In this document: positions 26,736-34,661 of the stretch, piece after piece
Position numbering within the stretch: the stretch's first letter is position 1
How the letters are laid out: each line of letters begins with the position of its first letter
Source of the DNA: a virus
Direction: 5' to 3' (one strand)
IMG/VR virus record: IMGVR_UViG_3300045988_017181
Length of the DNA: 41,977 nucleotides
Translations under genes and position numbers: made by a program
Notes under the pieces: generated by a model
What the model was told of the DNA's origin: nothing
What the model saw: only the letters and a program-made list of their open reading frames with translations
Databases searched by the model: none

Positions 26736-27259
26736 TAAATTTCCTTGTAAAAAGTTTTGTACGAAGAGTAACCCAAGTGTTTCTCATAGGTATTTTCCAA
26801 CATCTTATTGTTGAGCGTGTTGGCGTTAGAGAAGGCTAGTAGTCTTACGTTAGTACATGCCCTATTTTCAAGAGCATAAGCCATTGCTCTAGACAAACCA
26901 AGACCCTTTTGGAAAGCTACAGTGCACTCTTCATTTAGAAAAGTTACTCCCTCAGGTGCATACCAAGGTCTCCCCCTAGACACTAGGGATGCACCCGAGA
27001 GAGCATTTTCTTTGTTATAGAAAACAAGGATGATGAAGTCTTCAAATTCACCACTAATGACACCCTTAAGAAACTTACGCACTACCTTTACGTCAGCATA
27101 TTTCTTAATGAAAGGGAGGGAGTCAGGGTCATCTTTGATGATCTTCGCACCCTTGTCGATGATCTGTTCTAGGATGTCTTCATCATTAGGTTGCAAGACA
27201 CCAATCCTAGACACGTTACTTAGGGATGTTAGTCCCTCTGCCAGAACCCACATAATCAA
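26735..27259 (-). CDS. GNAT-family N-acetyltransferase (gene 7 position)
   Basis: Acetyl-CoA motif-A-like VAFQKGLGLSRAMAYALE. The track start overlaps the upstream gene by 44 nt. A GTG 2 nt after the upstream stop (NVSRIG) is an alternative start. Confidence 0.55.
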   Translation of the reverse strand: MIMWVLAEGLTSLSNVSRIGVLQPNDEDILEQIIDKGAKIIKDDPDSLPFIKKYADVKVVRKFLKGVISGEFEDFIILVFYNKENALSGASLVSRGRPWYAPEGVTFLNEECTVAFQKGLGLSRAMAYALENRACTNVRLLAFSNANTLNNKMLENTYEKHLGYSSYKTFYKEI

Positions 27260-27410
27260 TCCTCAGAGCCTTCTTGCCCTTGTTCTTCTTGTGTTCTGCA
27301 GTTTCTACAGCACCCATTTCAGGAGCCTCAGGTTCGAGTACAGGTTGCTCAATGGCAGGAGCCTGAACCTTAACCTCAGGAACCTTAGGTTTACTAAAGA
27401 GTCCACCCAT
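27216..27410 (-). CDS. gp6.7-like small virion protein
   Basis: MGGLFSKPKVPE... and ...KGKKALRI resemble T7 gp6.7 (FSPKIKTP, GRKGLKV). Paralogous in outline to 26487..26735. Confidence 0.5.
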   Translation of the reverse strand: MGGLFSKPKVPEVKVQAPAIEQPVLEPEAPEMGAVETAEHKKNKGKKALRIDYVGSGRGTNIPK

Positions 27411-27610
27411 CAGTTATCTCCATTCTGTTTGTCGTGTTTATTTCTAAGGTAGGTAACAACCTGTTGAATACCTAGAAGAGTCTCATTACTCTTTTCATAC
27501 CAAATCATCTTTCGAATGTCAAAGACATCCTCAAGTTTCTCAATGAGATCCTTAGGAACATAAGGAAACTCTTCTTCTTCTTCAACAACATTGTTTTCTT
27601 CTTTGTTCAT
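27410..27610 (-). CDS. Hypothetical protein (66 aa, gene 6.5 position)
   Basis: ORF with ATG at 27610. Its SD appears to be separated from the ATG by a 42-nt hairpin (see finding). Confidence 0.55.
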   Translation of the reverse strand: MNKEENNVVEEEEEFPYVPKDLIEKLEDVFDIRKMIWYEKSNETLLGIQQVVTYLRNKHDKQNGDN

Positions 27611-27977
27611 AGAAATTCGGCGCGGAAACCTCTGTCTTCAGACAGGGGAGGAAGCGCCGTCCTCCTTTCTAAGTTCGGTTAAATAGGTGCTTCTCTTTTC
27701 GAGAAGCGTTTGGCGGATACCCGCAGGTTCCGCTTACACGGCCCGAAGGCCTGTTGACATCCTTCGCCAATGTTGGAAGGGGTTTGGTGCCTGCAACACC
27801 GCTCCTACCTCTCAGAGCTTTTAATCACAGGCCGCAGAGCGTGGAACTAGGATGTACATCCCACGGTGCCTATACATTCCCAACCAACGTAGCGCCTCTC
27901 GAAAGAGGGGCGCTGAGGCTAGTCAATAAAGGCTCTTTCAAGCCTCTGCCTTTAGGCAGGGGTTATTGACGTCTTCC
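27611..27977. ncRNA. Unclassified GC-rich, highly structured, ORF-free element (~370 nt); functional strand unresolved
   Basis: At least 10 local helices (plus coordinates): 27618-23/27654-59 enclosing 27629-36/27641-48; 27689-95/27701-07; 27713-16/27721-24; 27740-43/27748-51; 27761-65/27776-80; 27786-89/27797-800; 27891-900/27905-14; 27922-29/27963-70 enclosing 27943-50/27955-62. An 8-bp long-range pair joins 27647-54 and 27973-80. No ORF over 20 codons on the gene strand. Confidence 0.6.
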
Positions 27978-28003
27978 TCCTACCTAGGACTATTGATTTA
28001 ATT
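27978..28003 (-). promoter_or_regulatory. Phage-type promoter variant (AATTAAATCAATAGTCCTAGGTAGGA) just after the exonuclease gene (phi6.5-like position)
   Basis: About 20/26 match to the local consensus. A second, more degenerate copy lies at about 28008..28035. Confidence 0.5.
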
Positions 28004-28033
28004 AAAAATAGCCCTAGGGGGTATTAGTATTGA

Positions 28034-28798
28034 TTAAAAAGGATTGTACTTCTTGGGTAGACCCTCAGATTCACTTAAAGGATAATCTTCATAGTGCAAG
28101 ATTCTAGCCATTGTTGCCTCTCTAATGGCATCCTCTTCAGTAAGACCCTGAGACTTGAAGGCTTTCAAAACCTCAGGCCACCATTCAGAATCAGGATGCC
28201 CATTAAGGAGCTTATTGGCTTTCACAGGGCCATAAGTGGGACACCCCTTATAGCCGTCTGTAACGTCCCCTACTAGGGTCTGATAGCACAGCCATTTCTT
28301 GGAGTCCTTCTCAGTGATGTTATGCAAGACATCATTACCGAAATCATAGAAGTAACCGGGGATTGTCTTGAAATCCTTGTCCATAGACACTGCGACACAA
28401 ATATCTTTATAGACAGGACTAGTGCAGTAGATACCCACAACATCATCAGCTTCAAGGTACTTGACTGTATGAGAAATGTAGGTTTCTTTAATCTTGTCTA
28501 CAAGACCTTTGTAACAACAAGGTTTACGATTAGATCGCCTATTGGACTTATAGTCAGGATTGTAGGCTTTCCTAAAGTTATCCTCATCGGAGAAACAGAA
28601 TACATAGGTAATCTCTTCGCCAACGAAATGCTTATTCAGCTTCTCATCAATAGCAATAAGCATGTCGGTAAAGTAATCCCATGCGTCATCTACTTCAGCA
28701 TGACAAGTCCAAAGACCATCACCCCAGTCGATATCCTTCTGGACAGCAGAGGATGCCTTAAAGGCTAGAATATCACCGTCTACAAAAGCATATCTCAT
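28034..28798 (-). CDS. 5'-3' exonuclease (T7 gp6-like, FEN family)
   Basis: MRYAFVDGDILAFKAS N-terminus with acidic clusters typical of the PIN/FEN fold. Synteny after the DNA polymerase. Confidence 0.8.
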   Translation of the reverse strand: MRYAFVDGDILAFKASSAVQKDIDWGDGLWTCHAEVDDAWDYFTDMLIAIDEKLNKHFVGEEITYVFCFSDEDNFRKAYNPDYKSNRRSNRKPCCYKGLVDKIKETYISHTVKYLEADDVVGIYCTSPVYKDICVAVSMDKDFKTIPGYFYDFGNDVLHNITEKDSKKWLCYQTLVGDVTDGYKGCPTYGPVKANKLLNGHPDSEWWPEVLKAFKSQGLTEEDAIREATMARILHYEDYPLSESEGLPKKYNPF

Positions 28799-28998
28799 TA
28801 TTCACAAGCCTTAAGGATGGCGTATGCCTTACAAGTGAGCCTCCAATAATTAGTGGCTTCACTAAAGTAATTAAGGGCTGTAATATGTCCCCTAGATGCC
28901 GCCTCAGCAATCAGCTTGGCATTCTCACGACAGAAGTCCGCCTGAAGTTTAGGATTGTTCTGATCAATATATTTAAGGAAATTAAGATACTTATTCAT
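28798..28998 (-). CDS. Hypothetical protein (66 aa)
   Basis: The ATG at 28998 overlaps the upstream stop (AATGAATAA). The longer track ORF (to 29151) overlaps the upstream gene and is rejected. Confidence 0.45.
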   Translation of the reverse strand: MNKYLNFLKYIDQNNPKLQADFCRENAKLIAEAASRGHITALNYFSEATNYWRLTCKAYAILKACE

Positions 28999-29323
28999 TT
29001 TCTTTCTGAGGTCCCTCATAGTAAACACTCTCTTCTTCCCAATCAACTTCATAGCCAAGACGTTCAAGAATCTCATAAAAGATTTCTTTGTCAGTCCAGT
29101 CTTCATAGAGTTTACAGGGATTTGGGATGTGCATAAAAAGCAGTTTACCATTCAATCGAACTTCGGCACCACCTGCAGTCCCATAAACAGGATCCGTCTT
29201 ATAGAGCCACTTAATGTCAACAACGCTCTTTTTGTTGGTCTTACACAATGCCATTACCTCCTTAGGTTCATTCTTCTTAAGAACCCTTTCAATCTCTTCT
29301 ACGGTCATAGGTCTACGAATCAT
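28991..29323 (-). CDS. Hypothetical protein (110 aa)
   Basis: ATG preceded by AAGGAG, directly after DNA polymerase exon 2. Confidence 0.55.
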   Translation of the reverse strand: MIRRPMTVEEIERVLKKNEPKEVMALCKTNKKSVVDIKWLYKTDPVYGTAGGAEVRLNGKLLFMHIPNPCKLYEDWTDKEIFYEILERLGYEVDWEEESVYYEGPQKENE

Positions 29324-29332
29324 AGCTACTCC

Positions 29333-31870
29333 TTAGTGACAATCGAACCAGTTGGCACCAATCTTGCCTTCGGTGTCCAACTGACAATTAAACTTAAAGA
29401 ACTCCTGAGTCTGTCTCATGGATTCCTGTGCAATTCGCACACAGTCTTCTGCAATCTCTTTTGTTCTGCAGGCAACCTGTACCTCATCCTTACCGTTTCC
29501 CATATTGCTACGGGTGTCGGACTATCTCTTTACAGCCTATTGGTATTAGCTGTAGTAGGCATTTCGAGACTAGGGGGATCTCACCCCTAGCCCCTACGGT
29601 TTACACCTAGTCTCTACACTTCCATTCTCGAATCCATTTGCACGCAGATGAAAACGAGACACCAAAGACTTCACCTAGCTTAGTACCTGTACACTTATAA
29701 AGTTTCCAATACTCCTTAGCTTTAGCCTTTCTATCAGCATATCTAGTGGAGTTATGCTCGACTTTATGATCGACGATCTTAACTAGCTCAAGGTGGCTAA
29801 GGTTACAACAGGCACGATTATGACACTCGTGATGAATCTCATAGCCTTCAGGGACTTCGCCATTAGCTTCTTCCCATACAAGTCTGTGAGCCATAATCAA
29901 GGGCTTTCTACCTTTACCCTTATACCTGTGATCTCTAATCCTTAGATAACCATCGTGATTCAGTCTATGTGATGTGGAGACTATGCAACCGTTTTGATCC
30001 TTAGTCAAGACCATAGGTTTACCACGCATAGTTCCTCCAATGTTTAGCTCGGGATTGCCCCAGAGGGGTTTCCCCGAATTAACCTACTTTAACGTGCACA
30101 ATGAAGTTTATGCACCCACGCCATCATGGCAAAGTCTCCGTCCCAACCATGCTTGTAGCCTGCTTTACGCATATTCTCCTCAACAAGACACACCCACTTC
30201 TTACAAATAAGGGCGCCTGCAGACTGCAGGATAGTGTTCAGAGCCGAGTGAGGGCTTCGCACATAAACAAGGCGGCGATCAAGCCCAAGAATATGGTGAG
30301 AAATATTAAGAGTAGGGCAATCAGGGTGGACACGTTTCTTCCATTTTACTTTTTGAGTGTTCCCAATCCATTCAGAGGACTCAACAAGAGCCTTATCAAT
30401 GGAACTACAGAGCTTCTTGTATGCAGGGACAGCCTTAAAGAATCTTTCCTTAAGAGCTTTGCCATCCTTAGCAGTGCCATTAATGACAGCTCCAAGTTTA
30501 CCGTCACCACCACCATAGAGCATGCAGTAGATCATGGTCTTCGCTTGGTCTCTCGTGGGAAGCCCTGCCATCTTCTGATTATGGGTGTGAATGTCACCCT
30601 CAAGGATTTCCTTTATATAAGCACCGTTGTCAAAAGGAAACAGGAAAGACCCAAAGCACCGAAGTTCCAAACCAGAAGCGTCGATACCTGCCTCAAACCA
30701 GCCTTTAGGAACTGTGAACAGAGACCTGCACTCCTTACCGTATGGAGACCTTCCTGCAGGAACTTGTGCAACATTAGGATATGAATGTGTTGCACGACCA
30801 GTAACAGCACCGTTAGGATTAACAGAACCGTGAATACGGTAGTATCCATCTTCATCTTCCTTCATAAGCTTAAGCCAAGCGTTGTCACCCTCAGCAAGCT
30901 GTGCGATACGCTTGTTAATCAGCAGGTACTCAAGGATCTTAGGTGTCAGAGGGATACCCATAGCAGACTGAAGGGTGTCTTCATCAACCTTAGGGGCACC
31001 AGTAGGTGTAACCTCAGTAGGCTCCCAACCTCTTTCCATAAGCACCTTAGCAATGTGACTACGGGAATTAGGATTGAATGTAACCTCCTCATACTGAGGA
31101 TAAGGAACGCCTGCTTTAATTCCTTTCTTAGCGTTATCTCGCTTGTAGATCTTGTCTCCCTTGTAGACAGTCCAAGAGCCTACCTCAGAGACAAGGCTTT
31201 CATAGATCTCCTGTCTCTTTGCAGAGAGTTCAGCATAGAGCTTTACTGCCGCATCTTTATCAAAGACAAACCCATTACGTTCCTGCTTAGCCATGACCCA
31301 AGCAATGTCATGCTCAAGCTGAATGGCCTTCAAAGGGTAACCCTTAGCCATCAGCTTATGGAACAACTTAAGGGTAACCACAACGTCCTGTTTGTTGTAC
31401 TCATACATTTCAGGAGTAAACTTGTCCCAAGCACCCTCATGTTCGCCATAGGTGCCCTTCAGTTCACCCATACGGTAACCATAAGCCTTCAGGCTGTGGG
31501 AACCATAGAGAGCCTTAGGGAGCCTACCAGAACGCATAAGACCAACGTCAGTGTCCTTGATATTCGAGTAGATCAAACGAGCAAGTACAAGAGTGTCAAT
31601 ACAGACATCTCGAACATCAAATGCAAACCTCTCCCCCTTGAGCTTCTTAAGAGCAGGGATGTCAAATTTGCAGATATTGTGACCAACGATGCTGTACCCA
31701 CTAGTACCATACTTATTCAAGGCATCGAAGAACTCATCAAGATCAGTGTAACCAGTGTACAAATCCGTATAAGAATCGTACAACCAACCACACCAAAACC
31801 TCTTGGTCGTATCAAGCAACCCATCAGTTTCAATATCGAACACAATAAATTTGTCTTTAATTGTCAGCAT
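29333..31870 (-). CDS. DNA polymerase (T7 gp5-like, family A), split: join(30110..31870, 29333..29488), ~638 aa
   Basis: Motif A GIDASGLELRC; motif B RDQAKTMIYCMLYGGG. The ORF breaks inside motif C (...MAWVH|KLHCAR*). The rest, DEVQVACRTKE...QLDTEGKIGANWFDCH*, matches the T7 C-terminus (HDEIQVGCRTEE...LLDTEGKMGPNWAICH) and lies 621 nt downstream. Confidence 0.9.
29489..30109 (-). mobile_element. Group I intron in the DNA polymerase gene (621 nt)
   Basis: P1: exon GTGCAT (30115..30110) pairs with GTGCAC (30099..30094), with a U-G at the splice site. P/Q-like TTAATTCGGGGAAAC / CAATCCCGAGC before the ORF; S-like AAAGAGATAGTCCG after it. The last nucleotide is G (29489). Confidence 0.8.
29607..30029 (-). 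CDS. Intron-encoded HNH homing endonuclease
   Basis: GYEIHHECHNRACCNLSHLELV...DH..H HNH motif. 140 aa, inside the intron. Confidence 0.85.
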   Translation of the reverse strand: MRGKPMVLTKDQNGCIVSTSHRLNHDGYLRIRDHRYKGKGRKPLIMAHRLVWEEANGEVPEGYEIHHECHNRACCNLSHLELVKIVDHKVEHNSTRYADRKAKAKEYWKLYKCTGTKLGEVFGVSFSSACKWIREWKCRD

Positions 31871-31878
31871 TTTCTATT

Positions 31879-31937
31879 CCTTAAATAGCCTTGCTTATTT
31901 CTTAAATAGCTTTGCTTATTTCTTAAATAGCTTTGCT
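31879..31937. repeat. About 2.8 copies of the 21/22-bp unit CTTAAATAGC(C/T)TTGCTTATTT immediately upstream of the DNA polymerase start
   Basis: Direct reading, between the stop of 31947..32201 and the ATG at 31870. Confidence 0.9.
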
Positions 31938-31946
31938 AAAAAGATC

Positions 31947-32201
31947 CTACAGGAACACCAAAAGGAAAGCTACTGTAGTAGAGATCACCCACATTGCAAT
32001 CACGTAGATCTTGAATACCAGAACGCTGAGGTCTCTGTACTCAGCAGAATACTCATGCTCAGAGGCTAGAAGCACAGGAGCTATAGGAAGCAACAGGATA
32101 ATCCAAAAGCATGAGAGGACACGATCTGTAAGAGACATGTCCTTGTCGTAATACCAGAAAGTAAGTGGGTAAATAAACTCTTTAAAACTCATTTTCTTCA
32201 T
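31947..32201 (-). CDS. Small membrane protein (84 aa)
   Basis: MKKMSFKEF... start overlaps the primase-helicase stop. Two or three hydrophobic helices. The upstream part of the track ORF overlaps the primase gene and is rejected. Confidence 0.5.
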   Translation of the reverse strand: MKKMSFKEFIYPLTFWYYDKDMSLTDRVLSCFWIILLLPIAPVLLASEHEYSAEYRDLSVLVFKIYVIAMWVISTTVAFLLVFL

Positions 32202-33813
32202 CCTCAAAGGGGCATTCAGGGTCTGCCTCATAGTCAGAGAGCCTGCCAGTGTTCTGGTCATAGTAGAGATAACCACTGACACCCGTAAGACCACAGAAGC
32301 GGTTCTTAAGGACTCTAATGGTCAACACATTAGGATTGTCACCCTGTTGGTTCCTCTCAAGACCAATAACCATGTCAGAGAGCTGTGCAATAGCTCCAGA
32401 CCCTCTAAGTTGACTAAGGGATACCTGTGCACCCTCTTCATGTCCCTTCTTCTCAGGACGCTTAAGGTGAGACACTACGAACATTGTAGCACCTGTCTCT
32501 TCCACAAGAGAACGAAGGTTAGTCATAAGCTTGTCAATGGCTTTACGTTCACCACCATCCTCATCAGTGTCCATACCAGAGACCACAATGGAGATATGAT
32601 CAAGGAAGATGCGCTTGCATCCTAGGGACACAATCATATACCTGAGCTTACTAAGCAGATTGCCTGAATCAAGAGACCCAAAGTGGTCGTACAGGAAGAA
32701 TTTTCCGTTCCCAATAGTTTCCACAAAAGCTCGGCTTCGTTCATCTTCATCTGTACCCTCAGGATCGAGTATGAGTCGCTTGTTAAGATGAATCGACATG
32801 AGTTCCATCCCAGTTTTGCGAGTAGATTCTTCAAGAGCAACAATTCCGCATAGTTCTCCCCTGTGAACACCAAAGTAGTATTCGAGTTCTCTGAGTATTG
32901 TGGACTTTCCCATTCCGCTTCCACTTGTGAAGACATACAGTTCACCATGTCTAGCTCCTTTAGTTTTCTCTTGAAGTGCCTTCCAAGGATACTCCACGGA
33001 ATCCTTAAGGTCATCAATGTCGGTTACACACTTCTCGTATAGGTCAGTACCTGCAACAATCCCATCAGGTCTGTAAGGCTTGGCATTCCAAACAGCCTGA
33101 ATAACATCACTGCCTTTACCCTCAAGTAGGCACTCATTGGGATCCTTCAAAGGAAGGTTAGCAATGAACGCCTTACCTGCAGGCAACACCTTGGCACACT
33201 CTTCACAAGCCTTACGACCGGGTTCATCCATGTCAAACATGAGAACCACTTCTTCAAACTTGTCAAGATACTCAAGGTTATCTTCAATAGCCTTCTTAGC
33301 CGCTTGAGCCCCATTAGGAATGCTCACAACAGGCCACTTGTTAGACTGAAGCTGACTCACAGTAAGACAGTCAATCTCACCCTCGGTAATTACAATCTTC
33401 TTACCAGAAGACCACAACTGAGAACCAAAGAGTCGATTAGAGATCTTACCAAGGACTGCAAAGGTCTTATCAGGAAACCTAAGTTTCTGACCTACGATAT
33501 TACCGTTGTCATCATAGTAGTTGGCTACTTGACAGGGAGTTCCCTTGTAGTAACCCACCATGTACTTGAATTTAGAACAGGTGTCCTGATTGATCTTCCT
33601 TGCAGTCAGGTAAGACACATCAAGATCGTCAAGAGGAATACATTCCTTACACATCACACTCTCCTTTTTCTTCTGGATTACTTCCCCATCAGCTCTAAAA
33701 TACGAACTACAAGAAAAACAATACCTATGGCCATCACTAAAGACTCCACAGGCGTCAGAGGAGCCACACTTAGGACAAGGTTCATGATAAAGAAACGTAC
33801 CCTCTTGATTCAT
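32182..33813 (-). CDS. Primase-helicase (T7 gp4-like)
   Basis: Zn motif CPKCGSSDACGVFSDGHRYCFSC, a TOPRIM region, and helicase Walker A GSGMGKST. Confidence 0.9.
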   Translation of the reverse strand: MNQEGTFLYHEPCPKCGSSDACGVFSDGHRYCFSCSSYFRADGEVIQKKKESVMCKECIPLDDLDVSYLTARKINQDTCSKFKYMVGYYKGTPCQVANYYDDNGNIVGQKLRFPDKTFAVLGKISNRLFGSQLWSSGKKIVITEGEIDCLTVSQLQSNKWPVVSIPNGAQAAKKAIEDNLEYLDKFEEVVLMFDMDEPGRKACEECAKVLPAGKAFIANLPLKDPNECLLEGKGSDVIQAVWNAKPYRPDGIVAGTDLYEKCVTDIDDLKDSVEYPWKALQEKTKGARHGELYVFTSGSGMGKSTILRELEYYFGVHRGELCGIVALEESTRKTGMELMSIHLNKRLILDPEGTDEDERSRAFVETIGNGKFFLYDHFGSLDSGNLLSKLRYMIVSLGCKRIFLDHISIVVSGMDTDEDGGERKAIDKLMTNLRSLVEETGATMFVVSHLKRPEKKGHEEGAQVSLSQLRGSGAIAQLSDMVIGLERNQQGDNPNVLTIRVLKNRFCGLTGVSGYLYYDQNTGRLSDYEADPECPFEDEENEF

Positions 33814-33818
33814 CTTTT

Positions 33819-34661
33819 TTAATAACCCAGTTTACAACGAAGGCTCTCCCAACCGTACAGGTTTCTATGGTACCACATGTCTCCTGCCCAAATACAGGGG
33901 TGCTCCATGGGTGACATATGACCTGCGTCAAGAAGCCTTCGTGCCAGCTTCTTGTCCTTATGCTCGTCAGGACAAGATCCGTCGTGATTGTTGTAAGACA
34001 CTCTAGCACAGCGTGCAGAGGAAATAAGCATGAGATCATTAATGAGGACTTCAGAAGAACTAAACGAGTTCATGCAGTGCTCATCAACTTCCTCTTGAGT
34101 GATAAAGGGAAGACTAACATACTTCCCACAAATATGGTAGACACTAATGATATTATTGCCTACCTTGTCCATCTCACCCTTAATGGCCCTTGCAAGATCC
34201 TGCATCTCAGGCTGTGCATCACTGGCGAGCCTAAGATGCAGGAAGTTATCCCACTCAGTAGCAGTCACAATCACGTTAATGTACTGGAAGGGCTCAAGGA
34301 TTCGATTGACGTGTTGCTTATGGACACCAAGAGCAACCATGGATTCCGCAACAGCTACTGCATTGTCTACAGCTTTAAGCCAGAGATCCTTAAAAGACTC
34401 ATAGGTACCCTCAGAAGCCTCAACAGTACCAACCATGCCAGATTGATTCATATAGACGTGAGAAGGGATAAAGGGGTCATTGCGCACCTGTTCAATAACC
34501 TTAGCTACAGGGATAGCACGGGAGCTACTTGCATTGCGACTAAAGACCCTGTGAGTCATGAATTCACTATGGATCATCCTAGGATACCTAAGGACGAACG
34601 TATAGAGATTATCCTGATGGCAGATGCAAAGGGCTTCACTAGATCCAACTTTAGTAGTCAT
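33819..34661 (-). CDS. thyX: Flavin-dependent thymidylate synthase (ThyX-like)
   Basis: THRVFSRNASSSR fits the ThyX signature RHR-x7-S-x-R (first R replaced by T). Start set at the ATG at 34661 (MTTKVGSS), because the longer track ORF runs through the tRNA-Leu gene. Confidence 0.7.
   Translation of the reverse strand: MTTKVGSSEALCICHQDNLYTFVLRYPRMIHSEFMTHRVFSRNASSSRAIPVAKVIEQVRNDPFIPSHVYMNQSGMVGTVEASEGTYESFKDLWLKAVDNAVAVAESMVALGVHKQHVNRILEPFQYINVIVTATEWDNFLHLRLASDAQPEMQDLARAIKGEMDKVGNNIISVYHICGKYVSLPFITQEEVDEHCMNSFSSSEVLINDLMLISSARCARVSYNNHDGSCPDEHKDKKLARRLLDAGHMSPMEHPCIWAGDMWYHRNLYGWESLRCKLGY

Noticed and set aside
27754-27969. 71-aa + strand ORF inside the structured GC-rich element
   Set aside because: It has no RBS and is Pro/Leu/Gly/Arg-rich, as expected from translating GC-rich hairpin arms. 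It lies within nested helices and is better explained as RNA or DNA structure.
27611-27977. The structured element as an ORF-less group I intron, tmRNA, RNase P RNA, 6S or SRP RNA, or a hammerhead ribozyme
   Set aside because: It is intergenic, so there are no exons to join. GACTA/TAGTC-like and CCGCAGG-like strings are present but in the wrong order for P-Q-R-S. I saw no tRNA-like end, no GGAAAGUCCGG-type RNase P core and no CUGAUGA...GAAA core. These were eye comparisons only and need a covariance-model scan.
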